Positions 25,751 to 39,655 of a stretch of DNA of 64,000 nucleotides are shown here, piece after piece. The notes below the pieces were generated by a model that was given only the letters and a program-made list of their open reading frames with translations, did not search any database and had not been told where the DNA came from. Both the position numbers and the translations under genes were made by a program. Location: the NCBI GenBank assembly GCA_028534125.1, contig CM052817.1, positions 12,216,001 to 12,280,000 on the forward strand, read 5' to 3'. Origin of the DNA: Lama glama. Taxonomy: Eukaryota. Numbering within the stretch: the first letter of the stretch is position 1; every line of letters starts with the position of its first letter.

Positions 25751-27866
25751 CATTCTTTTAGGCATTGGGGTGAGAGATGAGTGTAATTTTTGAGCACAAA
25801 ATAAACCTTCTTAATACATTGATGGTACATTAGTAAACAATAATCTATTCAAAATGTTGATGAGCAAGTAGGATCTAATTCTCATTTCACTTGCAACAAT
25901 AAAATCGTGTGAACCGTAGATATTATCTATCAGTCTCTTCATTTGATGTGTTAGAAAACTGAGGCATAGATAAGGGTACTGACTTGCCCGAGGCCCACCT
26001 CTGTTAGTTACAAAGTCTGTGCCAGAGATCAAATACTTCAATTTTCTCTGTTCCTTCTACTGTATAAGGTATTTTATCTTGTTCTTAAATTTTTACAGTC
26101 AATTCAGTTTGTATATTTTTGTTTCCTAAACTTCAACATCAATGTGTTTACGTTTTCAAAATATTTTGTTTGTTCCTGTAAGTAATTATTTTGGAATATA
26201 TTTTCTCTACCTGTTTTTATTACCTTATAAACTACTTGGTTTTCAGGGAATACAATAACAAGACTTTCCACTTCTTGGATGCTTTACTCAGTTAATATGT
26301 TACAGTGGTTTTCACCAATGCTTTTCAGCTCCATTTAAAAGTTGGTTTTACTGAAATGAACATGCAAATTTTTCTTTATTAGATGTACTGAATTTGTAAT
26401 TACAAACCTTAATTAGATTATGGTCACTGTCCTTGAATTTTCTTTACTTCTGTATTACTAGACTTTTTTTTTCCTCTACCACATAAAAGAAGATCTCTGG
26501 CTGTTTCCATTTTTAATTCTGCTTTCCTGAACTACAAAAGAGCTTTTGTTATGCCCTCACGGGGAGTGTTGATGCCTTGTGAAGTCTAAGGATGGCTTTG
26601 TCAGATAGAATCTTGGCACAGACTCAAATAAGTACTCAATCTTCATATGTTGATGCTATGTATAGACATGCGTTGTACTTTGTAAGCGTTTTGAAGACCA
26701 TTTCTGATCTTTTTCAAATAAGGTAGTCTAATCTCAACATCAGATTGAAGTGGTGTAGGATCCCGTTTTCAATGGTTAAAAGTGGATTTTAATCAAAGGG
26801 CTATCAGGATGATTAAAGCAGATGTCTCTAGGGAACCTAGACGTTTACGAAGCAATTACGCATACGTGAGTCCAAAAACTCTTCACATGAAGTGCGTGAG
26901 AATTTTACAAGATGAATAATATTACATTCATTTTGCAGATGATGGAATGGATAATGAGAAATCTTAAATGACTAACTCAAGACAAACCACTATTGAGAGC
27001 TGAAATCCATAGTTTTTTGTCTTCAGTCTTTTCATTTTTAACCACTATTTTCTTCCTTGCATGTTGCATCTTTACATCATTAGGATATTATTTTATTTAC
27101 AAAATGTTTTGATAAATTTATTCTAAGCTATGAGGCTAGAAACATACATTTGGTTTAAGTAAAATTTAGCCATTAGTTCCAGTTATCCTTCAGGTTTTTT
27201 TAATCACTAAGCATTTGACTCAGTTTCATTTTCAAAGTAAAGTTGATACTATTGGCCCTAGATTTAGTTAATCATGACCTAGACCTGTTGAAACCTAATT
27301 CTGAACCACGGCTCTCTACTAAGATATATGGCGCCTGCAGCATGTCTGAGTCTCTGTTACTGTTTATGAAGACCCATTTGACAATACAATCCAGTTTAGA
27401 AACTTGGAAAGAGATTGATACTATAGAGGTTAATAGCTTTTCAGACCTGGCTTTGGAGCTGGTCTTTTATAGCTTAGGCAAGATACTTAACTTCTACAAG
27501 GCTCATCTTCAATTTTTTTAAAAAAGTGGAAATAAATATACTATCTCTACAGTGAGTTTGGTATAAATCTTTAATCAAATAGTACTTGAAAACTGCTTTG
27601 CACAGTGCAACACCTTGCCCTCAGATGTTTATTTTGTTAAAATCGAGGCTAACCAAAATTAAAGTTTCAAAAGTCTCTTGCTTCCATTATGAAGTCTAAA
27701 TTCTTTAGCTTAATACTCAGAGTCCTTCACAATCTCCAACTATCTTACCAGTTCAATTGCATCCTCCTCTATTTCTACCCAACTTTCGTTCCACTCCCAC
27801 TGAAATGACCACCATCCTTCACCATCTGCTCTGCCCTGTCCTTCCTGTTTCACCAAGTGTTTGTAT

Positions 27867-27945
27867 TTTCTTTGTTTTTTAATTGAGATATAGTTGATTT
27901 ACAATGTTATATTAGTTTCTGGTGTACAGGAAAGTGAATTAGTTA

Positions 27946-27987
<42 letters not shown>

Positions 27988-28007
27988 GATATATTTTTCA
28001 TATTCTT
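27867..28007 (-). mobile_element. L1 3'-terminal fragment with internal (TA)n
   Basis: TTTTTTAATTGAGATATAGTTGATTTACAATGTTATATTAGTTTCTGGTGTACAG...CATATTCTTT. Confidence 0.85.
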
Positions 28008-29904
28008 TGTCATTTTGCCACTTGTTAGAAACTCCTCTCCTTCTTTTTCAAAATAAAGTGCATAAAGAATTTACCATTTACTTCTCTACCCTCTGTTTCC
28101 AAGTTACTTTCCTCTTTATATCGATAGTAATAGTACTTTCTGTACTTAACTGTACTTTGTTACCCCTTGACTCTTTCACTAGACTTCAAGGCCATGAGAG
28201 GAAGTACTTAATTCATCTTTGCATTTCAGTGTCAGGCACAGAGCAGACAGTCAATAACTGTTGGATTGAATTGAATTGGTCAATTAATCCATAACTTATG
28301 ACAGAATGTTTACTATATTAGGTGTCTGGAAGAATGCCTTCGACAATGAAACTTTGTGATATATTTAAAGTTTATTGAGTAAAACCTTGAAAGATAAAGT
28401 ACTTAGGGAGCTTTTGCTTAATTAAGTGAGATGAATACTGTGCAGTACCAGCACAGTGTCTGAAATATCACAGGTGCTCACAGACTTGAATCCTTCCACC
28501 CACAGGTGGAAACGTATTCAAATCTGAAACGATCTCAACAGTGCTTTCTCTCCGTGACAATTATCCTAAAATTGATGAGAAACCATATGAGTCATTGAAA
28601 TTAGTGTTTAGATAGACAGCTTGTTCAATGAGTTTTACTCTGGTGATTTTAATGTCTTCTGAAAATGTTTCCAAATGAATTTTAAGTAGAAAATGTTCAA
28701 TGCGTCCAGGCAATCCATATCCCACTAGCCTTCAGTTAATGGATAAATAATGTCAAACTTTGTTTTGTTTTCAGTTTGAGCTCTTCTAACAAATTGGAAG
28801 AGCAATTATCATAGAATAAATTCAAAATATGTTTATATAGGTGGAACTAATTCTTTATTAGCATATTTTTTCTTTGCTTTATTTAGAGAATACAATTTGA
28901 ATTTGACTAAATAAAATGTATAAATTTAAATAGTTCCTTTGGAGCCTATTTGTCCATCACTCTTAAATAATTGAAGATGCACTAAACTGGCTATGACCTC
29001 TTTGTTGCTTTTGATCAGATATCTCACATCTAACCAAACTGGTTTTATACTTATGTTCTTGGTTCTGAAATTCAGCATAATCCATCCAGCTCTCTGCTTT
29101 GGTGTTGGTGTGTAGGATGATGTTATCTTAGGGAATTGATCACATCTATTAGTAAGATTACTCAGGAGATGAGCAGTACTTTTTGGATATCAGATTATAA
29201 ATGCCAACATTAGGAAAAAGTAAATTCTACCTCAATAATCCTAAAACAAAACTGAATTCTTATCCTTTAGTATAAAGAATAAAAATACTTTCCCATGTTT
29301 CATATATTTATAAAATTATATGTTATGAAAACTAGAAAGAGATAAATATCTGGAATTAGAATTTCTGCCTCCTCTGCTATTGCCCCACCGTGGACCTATC
29401 CACCAGACCTGCTTTCTGACACACACATCTTCATCCCTGACAGATGTTCCTAAAAGAAGTAGACTCACCAAACACTATGTGAAGAATTATTTTCATATTT
29501 AACCTCTCCAAGCTTTAGTTTTCATATGTTAAACGGGGATGACATTAATCCCTACCTCATCAGTTGTTGTGAAAATTAAATTAGATCATTAATGTGACCA
29601 AGTACATGCTTGGAAATGGTTAGCTATTAACATTAAAGCTAGACCTTTAACTGCAAACTTTGAATCAACCTCCTGTTAATATTTAATCTTAATATATGTT
29701 AATTCTAATAATAATTATGCATTGTTTTCATAGAACACATATGATTTGAATCAGTGATAAGGCATTTACAAAGAAGATTGGCAAAGAAATAGCCTTTGGC
29801 AAGAATGCAGAGACCTATGCATTTATTCATGCAGCCACCTGTCCATCTATCAGCCCTGCCCAGATGTGCAACCATTTACTCAGTACACACCGGATTTGTA
29901 ACTC

Positions 29905-30536
29905 TATCGTGCCAAACAAATTATGTTGGCTTTGGAAATGTGTCAACTTGCCTAAACTAAACTTCATTTTCTGGAATTTCTGTTCCTATACGTTTTCCAT
30001 CAGTGTGAATCACAAGAGAGAATTTTATGTGAAACTTGAAAGGTGCAAGTGAAGCAGTACCCCTTTTGTAGCTCACCTACAATGTCTTATTTGCTGGTGC
30101 ACTCATTTACGCAAGGCAGTGGCCAGGTCTGCAAATACTCCACCACCCCCTGGATCGATCTTCTTCTGGTCAGCCTCCTGGACCAGGTATATGCAGTTAG
30201 CTCTATGATGAAGAATTCCGGCTTCTGCAAGACACCTAGACCATAAAGATCAGAGTCAGAAAGAACTGATAAATGTTTCAGTCTGTCCTCCTGGGCTCCA
30301 GTCGCTGCTTGTCCTTCCAGTTCATTCTTGTTCTCCCTAACTTTACATTATCTTCCCTTCCCAATTATATGCCCTACAGACTTCAAGCTTTAGCATCAGG
30401 CACGAATTCAGTATGGTTATAGAAACTACTTAACCTGCTCCAACAACTGTATATAGTCAAGTTTCTAGAACAAATCCTGTCACATAAATATATATCCTAG
30501 AGATTTTGCTTCCCTGATTGAACCTGGAGTGATACA
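29905..30536 (+). mobile_element. ERVL-class solo LTR (subfamily uncertain)
   Basis: GTGTCAACTTGCCTAAACT.. near the start; TTTGCTTCCCTGATTGAACCTGGAGTGATACA terminus. Confidence 0.6.
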
Positions 30537-31249
30537 CAAACTTAGTCTTAGATCTGCCATCACTGAATCATATTCTTTTACAAGTGGAAAGAGCACTAGA
30601 ATTAATTCTAGGTAAACCTACTTGAACACTCCTTTCCCTTGATCATAGAGAATGTATTTGTTGCTTGATCCAGAAATGCTTTACTTGACCTCAGTGTTTT
30701 TTAAATGTGTTTTTATCTGACGGACACTGTCAACCTTAAAACTGATGATTCTATCTTTGAACTGACTTTTTAAATGCACTTTTCCACATATTTCTTTGCC
30801 TTTTGGTGAGCTGTGAAACTGGTGACTATTTACTAGACTGAGACTTTATTTTGTTTATTAATACTTAAATTATATCTTCTCTGATTTCCTCATCTGCTTC
30901 AAAGTATACTGTATCCTCTTACTGTATTGACCTGTTTGCTAGGTTAAATCACTTTTTCTTGGAGGGTCGGGGAAGCAGGGCACAAAGGACACATAAAAAC
31001 GAATGTTAAGTATTTTCTTCAGCTCATGATTTGTTTTAATAAGAGAACTTACGTACTTAATAATTTTAACTATTAAGAAGAATTTAGAAGTTTCTAATGT
31101 GTCACAAACATATTATAAACTTTCAAGAGCAGAACCCAAACTATTAAAGCAAAACTAATATTATATTATACTCAAGAGTATGTAGATGTTTAACTATTTT
31201 TGTATTTTTCACTTATCTAACATTCGTTCATTTATGTCGTAATTGATTT

Positions 31250-32320
31250 ATTCAACCAACAGCATCAGATATATAATACTATAAGAAATAGTGTAAAATG
31301 CTGAAAATAGAATTTTCCTGTACCTCAGCTAACTAGGAAAACAGATGAAGATTGGAAAAAATATAATCCACAATGTATAGATCATAATGTTAGAGAGAAA
31401 TAGAAAGAACACAGGCTGAGGGCAGGGTATTCTCAACCCAAAGTGGGACAAAAATCAACTCAGGGCATCATTATCAAGAAAGGTCTGTGAAGGATAAAAC
31501 CAGAACTAAGTCTGGAAGAAAGAGAGTGCATAAGAAAGAACAGAAAGATGTTTCAGGGAGGCATATGGAGGCATAAACAGGCATAAACAGAGTGGCATTT
31601 TGAGAACTGCAAATAGATACCAATGTGGCTGAATATTAGAATATGTAGGTGGAGGAAAGAGCATTTGATATCTTGTGAGCACTGGATATGTCCTACCAAC
31701 AGGTTAGGATTTGACTCCAAGGGCAGGTAGAGGTCTAGAAGGATTTTGAAGTGGAAGGGTAATAATTTCATATGTGAGTTTGACATCTCCTCATGCTGCC
31801 TAGCAAGCATCTCAAATTTAACACGAGTCAGCAGAAACCCACTATTTCCTCCTGAGATTCATTCTTCCTCCAAGCTTCCCCATCTTAAAAATGGCAATGC
31901 CATCTACTGAGTGCTCAAATCAGCAGTTAAGCATCTTCCTTGTTTTTCTTTTCCTCGCCTTCCCATCCAGTTCACAGGCATTCCACTGACTCTAAGTCTT
32001 AAACATATTGTGAATCCATCCACTCCTCTCCGTACCCATTCCTAGTGACTTCAACTAAATCATTTGTTTCTTTTCTCTCTGAAATAGGCTTCCAAATAAT
32101 TTAAAGCGCCCAACCAATCTCTTTTCACATACACATTTTCATTCTCTGCATAAGATCTGCCACTCTCTGATACTATATTTTTCTGCTTCCTTGCCTTTTT
32201 TTACCTGTCTTCTTTTAGAACGTAAATTCTCTGATATTAAAAACTAGACTTGTTCACCAACAGGTAAGAATATGCCTGACAAAGACAATATGCTTAAGAA
32301 ATTTGTGCCAAATTAATGAA
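31250..32320. mobile_element. Two L2 fragments in opposite orientation (minus about 31250-31770, plus about 31770-32320)
   Basis: Purine-rich antisense L2 (GGCATATGGAGGCATAAA..AGGATTTTGAAGTGG), then sense L2 (AAGCATCTCAAATTTAAC..TTCCCCATCTTAAAAATGGCAA). Confidence 0.6.
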
Positions 32321-32352
32321 AGAAAATGTGAGAAAGCTTATTCTGGAGACAG

Positions 32353-32849
32353 TGTAAAGAGGGGCCAGCCTAGGGAGGAGAGTGGTTAAAAGGCCTCCTT
32401 TGCCCAGGACACTGGCTTCAGCTGCAGCTCTGTTGGGCAGTTCTGTGCACACTGCCAACATGCTACCACAAGGGCCTCACTTATCCCTGCTTTTCTGTCT
32501 CCAGGCGTATTTGCAGGTTAGCTCAGAAGTTCTGGAGAGTTCACTCCTGGGGCCTTTAGAACTGATAGGGGAAGTGAGACAGAGGAAACAGACTCACTTC
32601 CCATCCTGCAGAGGGGAAACTCTGAGGCACGTTCTACATGATTCTGCAGACCTGTCCCGGCACGGGTGAGCTCCGTCACTCACAGTAGGAACCAGCACAC
32701 TAACACAACTTTGATCACCTTTTCTTCCCTCCCGGGCTCACTTTTCCAGCTCTCATGTTCCTGCTCCCTGGGGTCACCTCATCAATCAACTACCAGTACT
32801 CAAGTGCCTGTCTCAGATTTTGCTGTAGCAAGAAACTCAAACTAATACA
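32353..32849 (+). mobile_element. ERVL LTR (LTR16-like)
   Basis: CACTTCCCATCCTGCAGAGGG..CTCCCTGGGGTCACCTC..AAACTCAAACTAATACA. Confidence 0.6.
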
Positions 32850-35800
32850 AGCCTTTTGTATCAATCTGTGCAAAGGGAGTTGAAGATTTTCAAGCTCTTT
32901 GAGTGAGGAAAGTTACAGGGTTCTGGGACTCTTTTAACGGGATGATGGGGATTAAAAATAAGACAGAGAATTGAAGGACGAACCCCAGGTTTGTGCAGTC
33001 CATTCTGGTGGAAAAGAGGGGGAGGGCATCAGATGACTAGATAAGTTTTCTAGTTTATCAATTAAGTACAAAAATTGAGAAAGTAGTTAAATGTAAAAGT
33101 ATGGAGATCAGAAAAATTCTTGCAAGCAACTAATATTTCTTGGAGTCAACTTCAGCTTGGTGTGATAAATAGTTGAAACAAAAGCAAACAGAAGAACCCA
33201 CAGGGAAGATGGGTAGAATGAGAAATCAAGAGGAAAAAGAGTAGATCCTTGTGCTAATGACCCCTTTAAGTCCTGAACTAAAGAGAACAGATGACCGTAC
33301 CTGGGTGGTTTTGACTATTCAGTGGTACAGTAGTTCCACTGCTTATTAATGGATATTTTACCCATAAGATGGTCTATGGTCAAATATATTTGAACGCTGG
33401 CTTAGATATACATAAATTAATTTTCATTGCAGACGAGTTTTGACAGATGTTAACATGCCTTGAGAAATTTCATAAAGGGAGATTTATTATGTGGCATTTC
33501 ACAGCATTATTTAATGTTTTCTTCTTGAAGAACCCCAGCAGATAGTTTTGGGCAAACATTAGCTTAGTTGCACTTAAAGTTTCTTTCTAGTTATCGTATC
33601 TGATAATTACAGTGTCTAAAGTGACATAATATCTAATAGTCTTCTTGACCCCAGAAACAATGAGTCTCCAGAATTCAGGGACTCCGTAAATTGTAATTAC
33701 ATATAAACAAAGCAGAATTTAATTTTGTCAGAACAAACCGTTGCATTAAAACTGTCTTAGCAATTAAAGGTTATAGGGAACATGAGGAAATATCCCAGCC
33801 CTAGGGAGACTCAGCTACTGCAGGTTCCCAGGCCTGCAGACTTGACCCCATCCAGCGCCTAAACCTAATGGTCAGATAAAATCTTAGAGCGCTGATCTTA
33901 GTCCAGCAGTGTTCATGAGGCTATGCCTGACCAAGCTGTAGCCTGACTCCCTGGCCCTGCTCTGACTGCTCTCTCCGGCTGGTTGTGCCATTTTCTGATT
34001 GACATTTCTTTTTTCATCCAGGTAAGGAGTCTTGCCCTAAATTCCACCTTGTTTGGTTGTGACTCTGAGGACCTGAGAAACTCCCGTTGGTCTCTGTTGA
34101 GGGCAGGAATAGAGTAGTGAATAGAGAGTGATGGGCTTCACACCAGATGGATTCTCCTATACCCAAGATTCTAGCATTCCACTGAGTTTAACTGTGCAAC
34201 TACTCTGCTCCTCCACTTTAATAGTTACTCCAAAAGAAGCATGAAACAAGACCGACTGCCAGTTCTCTCAAGGGCATTGTGATGTGGGTGCTATTACGGA
34301 GGAGGCATGAAATCTATATAAATATAAAAACATGCATACCACTATAGTGTATTCTCATCAGAGCTGAATCTCCTATCCAGATTTTACTAATTGAAACAAA
34401 GGAAAAGGCAGAGGGGGAGGAAAAAACAAAACAAAACAAAACAAAACCTGAGAGCATAGTGTTCCCAAACTTAAGACTGAAAGAGGATAAGGAAACCAAA
34501 GACACATGTTCACTCATTGATTCATTCAACAGATATTCCCTGAGAACCACTATATGTCAGACACTGTTCTATATACAGGAAGTACAATTATAAAGAGACG
34601 TAAAAATTACCTCTCTTCTTGGCCAATCACTTTGTGCATCCCTAGCACATCTGCTCTTAAAGTAAATTCAACTTACTTGGAAAGACCCAATTAAGGACAA
34701 TTTGTTCAAGTACCAGATCCGAAGCTTATTTTCCTGTAGTAGATAAAAACGCTAAATAAGCCAAAGGTAGTTTGTCAGGGAAAAGAACTGTGACCACATG
34801 ATTAGTTTTATTTACCTTTATACATATTTAATAAGAATTTAATAGAGTTTTAATATGGGAACTTTAGAGACAAAGAAAAAATTTAAAAAATTTAAAACAC
34901 TGTATTTTCTAAGGAATTAATTTGCTCACAAGCATGACTACTTGTCATATAAATAATCACAGATAACTTTTACTTAATCACCAATTTAACTCTATAAGAA
35001 ATTGAAATGGGGAATAGTCAGCTTAGGTGGGTGCAGGAAATGAAATGTTTTAAGCACAAACTTGGGGCTTGTCTATATTTTCTTCTCCTTTTCTCTCTTA
35101 TTCCCCCTTTTTTTCCCCCTTTCCAGATACTTTTCAGTATCTGGGAAGCTTTCTCTTTCTCTTAAAGTTTGCTCTCTGCAAACCTCTCAGATTCCTGTGG
35201 CACAACCATCACTCTAATTGCTTAGAAGGAAAATTCACTCAACCTGATTTTGCTAATGGTCATCTAACCTAATTGATAGGTCTCCGGTATTCGATACTGT
35301 TTGCCACTTCCCCTTTCATAAACTCAGTATCTTATTTTGCTTTAATAACACCATTATTTCCTGTTCCCCTTTTATTCCTCTTTCTTCTCAGCTTACTCTT
35401 TATTTAACTACATCTTAAGTATTTATATTACCCATGCTCTTTAATTCTGTCCCTGTGTTACTCATCAATGAAAGATGATTTCAAGATGCTTAGCTGGCAT
35501 AGGGGAATATGTACTCTGTAGCTATGAGATCCACTCTGTCATTAATTAACTCATTCATTAATTGACCAAATCTTTAATGAAATGATTCTTTCCTATACAT
35601 GATAATTCCTGGTCCAAAATGTGGCCTCATTATTCTACCATGATAGTTGGAAGATAGTTATGATTAAAGTATCTCAGAAGAATTGTGTGATAAAATTCAA
35701 CGGGTGACAAATAACAGAAATCGCTCTACTCTGCTTAAGAAAACAAGAAAAAAGGACTGATTGAAGTAATTTTGTGGCTGCTCAGAGAATCCGAGGGTAA

Positions 35801-35857
35801 GGAGATAGCTGGGCATTGGAAACAAGTTGGAACTAGATATTTAAACGTTGCTGTTTC

Positions 35858-36378
35858 TGTCTGTTTGCATCAGTGGACTATTGCCACTATAATGCTGAAT
35901 AAAAAACTGTTTCAAGAGGGAAAACAAACAGCAAGAATTTATTTATTTCTCTTGCTTGTTAAGTCTATTACTGTTCAGTTTGGAAAGCTTGCTTCAGGCT
36001 GACGCTTGGCTGGGTTTGGCTGGCATTTTCTCCAGGCTGTGGATTGGATATAGGTATTCTCTATGGGCTTCCTCATTCTTCTTGGACCCCAAGCTACCTG
36101 GAGCATGTACTTCTCCTAGTGCATCCCTGGAATATATGAGTCTGAGCAGAAATAAGTTATTCCTATTAAAGCCTCCTCTTGCAACTGGCATACTGAAAAT
36201 TCAGTCCATATTTCCAAATTTCATTGGCCAAAACATGTCATATAACCAAGACCAACATCAATGAGACAAGGAAAGATACTCTATGTCCAGTGGGAGGCGC
36301 TGCAAAGTCACCTGGCAAAGGGTTTAGATATATGGGGTGGCAATAAAGAACTGGAGAATAATGATCCAATTTACCACA
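35858..36378 (-). mobile_element. Old MaLR LTR (MLT1J/K/L-like)
   Basis: CATTGGCCAAAACATGTCA..GGGAGGCGCTGCAAAGTCACCTGGCAAAGGG..CAATTTACCACA. Confidence 0.7.
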
Positions 36379-36685
36379 CTCCTTCATTCTGTCCATTCAT
36401 TGTGAATTATGTGTAATCATTAAGAAGATCACAAATCACTCAGTCTCCCAGGTTAAATGCCTCCAAAATGCCTTTGACATACCCAGATTCATAATTCCTG
36501 ATGTCCAGTTAACCATACAGTTTCCTCTAACCTTCTCTCTCCCTTCTAGTCCTTCTTTCATTTTTATCATCACTGCTTGACTTTTGGGTTTTTTGCTTTT
36601 ATATTTTTATATAAATGCAGGCTTTATTGTATTTATATTATTATACAAATTTATATTACTGTATGATAATATAAACGTAAGTTTA

Positions 36686-36890
36686 TTTTTTTACTGAAGT
36701 ATAGTTGGTTTACAATATAGTGATAATTTCTGGTGTATAGCATAGTGATGCAGCTACACACATATGTATTCCTTTTTCTATTCTTTTTCATTACAGGCTA
36801 TTACAAGGTATTGTGTAGTTCCCTGTGCTATGCAGTAGGGTTTTGTTGTTTATCTGTTCTATATATACTAGTTAGTATCTGTAAATTCCT
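36686..36890 (-). mobile_element. L1 3' UTR fragment
   Basis: TTTTTTTACTGAAGTATAGTTGGTTTACAAT...TAGTTCCCTGTGCTATGCAGTAGG; same family as the other young L1 ends. Confidence 0.87.
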
Positions 36891-39414
36891 ATAATTTTTA
36901 AACATACATGTATATAACTTAAATATAAATATTACGTATAGATAATTATTATATCCTCTGAACTGGTTTTCCTGTTCTCAGTCTCTCCTTACTGTTATCT
37001 GCACAGCTCCTAGAATTCCACATTTCACTTTTCAAAGTATGATTCTGAGGTATTATTTCTCTTCTGTTAGATTTTTAATTATTCCTTATTTTCAGAGGTT
37101 AAAATTCCTTACCGTGGAATAGAAGGCCATTCACAATCTTCTCCCAACTCATTTTTCAAGTCTCATTTTCTTCTATCACTCAGCGTGAACCCACACTCTA
37201 ATCACCAATAATTACTTGTCATTCCAGTGTAGTTCTGTGTACTTGTATATAGGTTTCAATTTTAGGACTTCCAAGTTACCCACCTCTTGAATCTCTGCCT
37301 GTGATTTCCCTTTTAGATCCCACCTCAAATTTCACATCTTCTGAGGAGCCTTAACTAAATTAGTGCTTCCTTCCTGTGTCTCACCACAGTATTTCATTTA
37401 TCTAACATACTTTAGGCTACATTAGTTGAATGTTTACTAGTAAGCATTTTATATACCACATTTATTCTCATCATTGGTTTGAATCCTTTGAGGGAGGCAT
37501 TTTTTCCATTTTACTGATGAAATCAGAGTTCAGAAACTTAACCAAGGTCAATGTACTTAGTAAGTGAAAAAGCCGGTTTTCAACGCCATGTACATTTCAC
37601 CTCATGGATTTCCTACATTCTGTTTCACTTCCATTCCTCCTTTCATTTTTATTACCAATGCCTGACTTTAGGTTTTATTGCTTTTATATTTATATAAAAT
37701 ATAGATTTTTATTGCTTTTATGTTTATAATGTTTTCAAATGCTGTATTATAATGCTACACAGTGCATAATTGGCAGATTTTATGTCTATCTATTTTTCTA
37801 CTGATGTGATTTAATCAAACCAGGGACCTGGATACATTCTTTTTTGTGTAGCTACTAGCCAGTACACTTGTCCCCAGGTATCTGTTGGACAAATTTAGAG
37901 CATAAACACTAAAGTCAAGTGTAGTAAAACAACCGACTGTCCATCAGCAGGTACCTTGGGATGTGCTAGGAAAGCGAGGGAGAGGTATAAAGAAAAGACC
38001 TGGAACTGGTTAGAGTAGAACTGAGAGAGAACTTGGAGGGGGAGAAATTGTAAGCTTTTTACTAGCCAATAGCAAAGGAAATTTCCTTATGGATCCAAAC
38101 ATATGCCCTTCAGAATTTCCCACAGGCTAGAGAAGGCAATCTGCAGATTATAGTGCATGTTTTATTTCATTTTCTTCCTGTTATAAAAATGACTCACTTC
38201 TGCTTGGAGAAAGAAAGTGTTTACTTTTGCTTTTTGAATAATTTCCTGGGGAGAACTGCTATGTTTATTGGGGGGGGGGAGGGGGCTGGGAAACTTCAAA
38301 ATTGGCTTTATTATGCAGAGTGTTTTGAAAGTGCTGTAAAGACATCATAAAATAGCTTACTTTATAGAGGTCTCATGCCTACCCCTCAGACTGTAATTAT
38401 TAACATAACCCTCTAGGCATTCTCTTGTCATCTCCACCTGAATATCCTATCTTGTTTTATCTGTGATCTTTCTCTTGCTTTATTAGTTTAAACAGCCCTT
38501 GGCTACTCTCTAATGAGAAGAAACTGGATTTCTGCAGCCTAGGTCACCCTCTATTGCTTGAAGGAAAAAAGAATAAAGTTCACTGGAAGGTAAAGAGGGA
38601 ACCCCCCCCCCCAAAAAAAACCCAAACCTGGCAGACCTAATCTCCTTAACATCCTTTTGTATCTACTAAGAACAACTTGCCCAATACTGAATTTTTGCTT
38701 TTGCTTGACCAAAGTTTAAAAAAAAAGAGAGAGAGAAAAGGAAAAAGAAATCACACCACAAGCCTACAGTATTTCCCCTTGGGGGAGTTAGCCTTATCTT
38801 GGTGTTCTCGCTCTCTCCTGTGATCTCTAAATGCTGACAAATCTGCTGTACAACAAGCACGGGTGTTTCCTTCTGGACCCTCAAGTCCTCTCCTTACAGC
38901 AGTCGGCTGTGGGTGAGGTTTTTCAATCAGCGTCAGCTTCAAGCCAGCAGCTTGCATCCTACTGCAAAATTTATGGAGCATGCTGATGAGAACAATGTGG
39001 CTCCCTGGGAAGATGACTGGGAATTGGCAGAGGCGTTTTGTAAGTCTGAGCACCGCAGCTGGGCCATCGATTGTTCCTTCATCTGGTTGGACTTCAAAAG
39101 GTTACGTGCCTTGTTATCTGTTTTGCACCCCTAGCCAAAAGCTACTTTGGGAGCATGCGATGCTCCTTAGAATATGTCAAAGCATTTTCCACAACCTCAT
39201 CTCCCATTTAGCTAAGACCACTGCTTATCCAGTCTTCACTTTTCTAGGGTGGTGAGGGAGAGAAAAAGGGAGTGATGTGTTAGACTGGTCAGTTATCTGA
39301 TCTGTCTCAAAAGCAAGTGGTCAGGAGGAGAAAAAAAAAATGAATGAGTTGCATTAAATGATAGTGAGAACATCTGGCACAGAGCTTACTCTATAGTATG
39401 TGCCAAGTGAGTAC

Positions 39415-39655
39415 TTGAGAGGGAATCAAGGATAGACTCTGAAGCCAGATGCCTGGATTTAAATCCTGGTTCTGTTCCTTATCAGCTGCATGAACGCAGT
39501 TACTTAACCTATTAATGCCTCAGTTTCTTCATCTACAGCATGGGTACAATGGTAGTAATGTCTCCTAGGGATGGTCTGAAGACTGTGTGAGAAAATACAT
39601 GCACATTCTTATAAGCATTTCTGGCTCATAGCAAGTGCTTAATTAATATTAGTTA
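39415..39655 (+). mobile_element. MIR SINE (one of many MIR relics in the window)
   Basis: GACTCTGAAGCCAGATGCCTGGATTTAAATCCTGG..GTTACTTAACC..GCCTCAGTTTCTTCATCT core. Confidence 0.85.
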
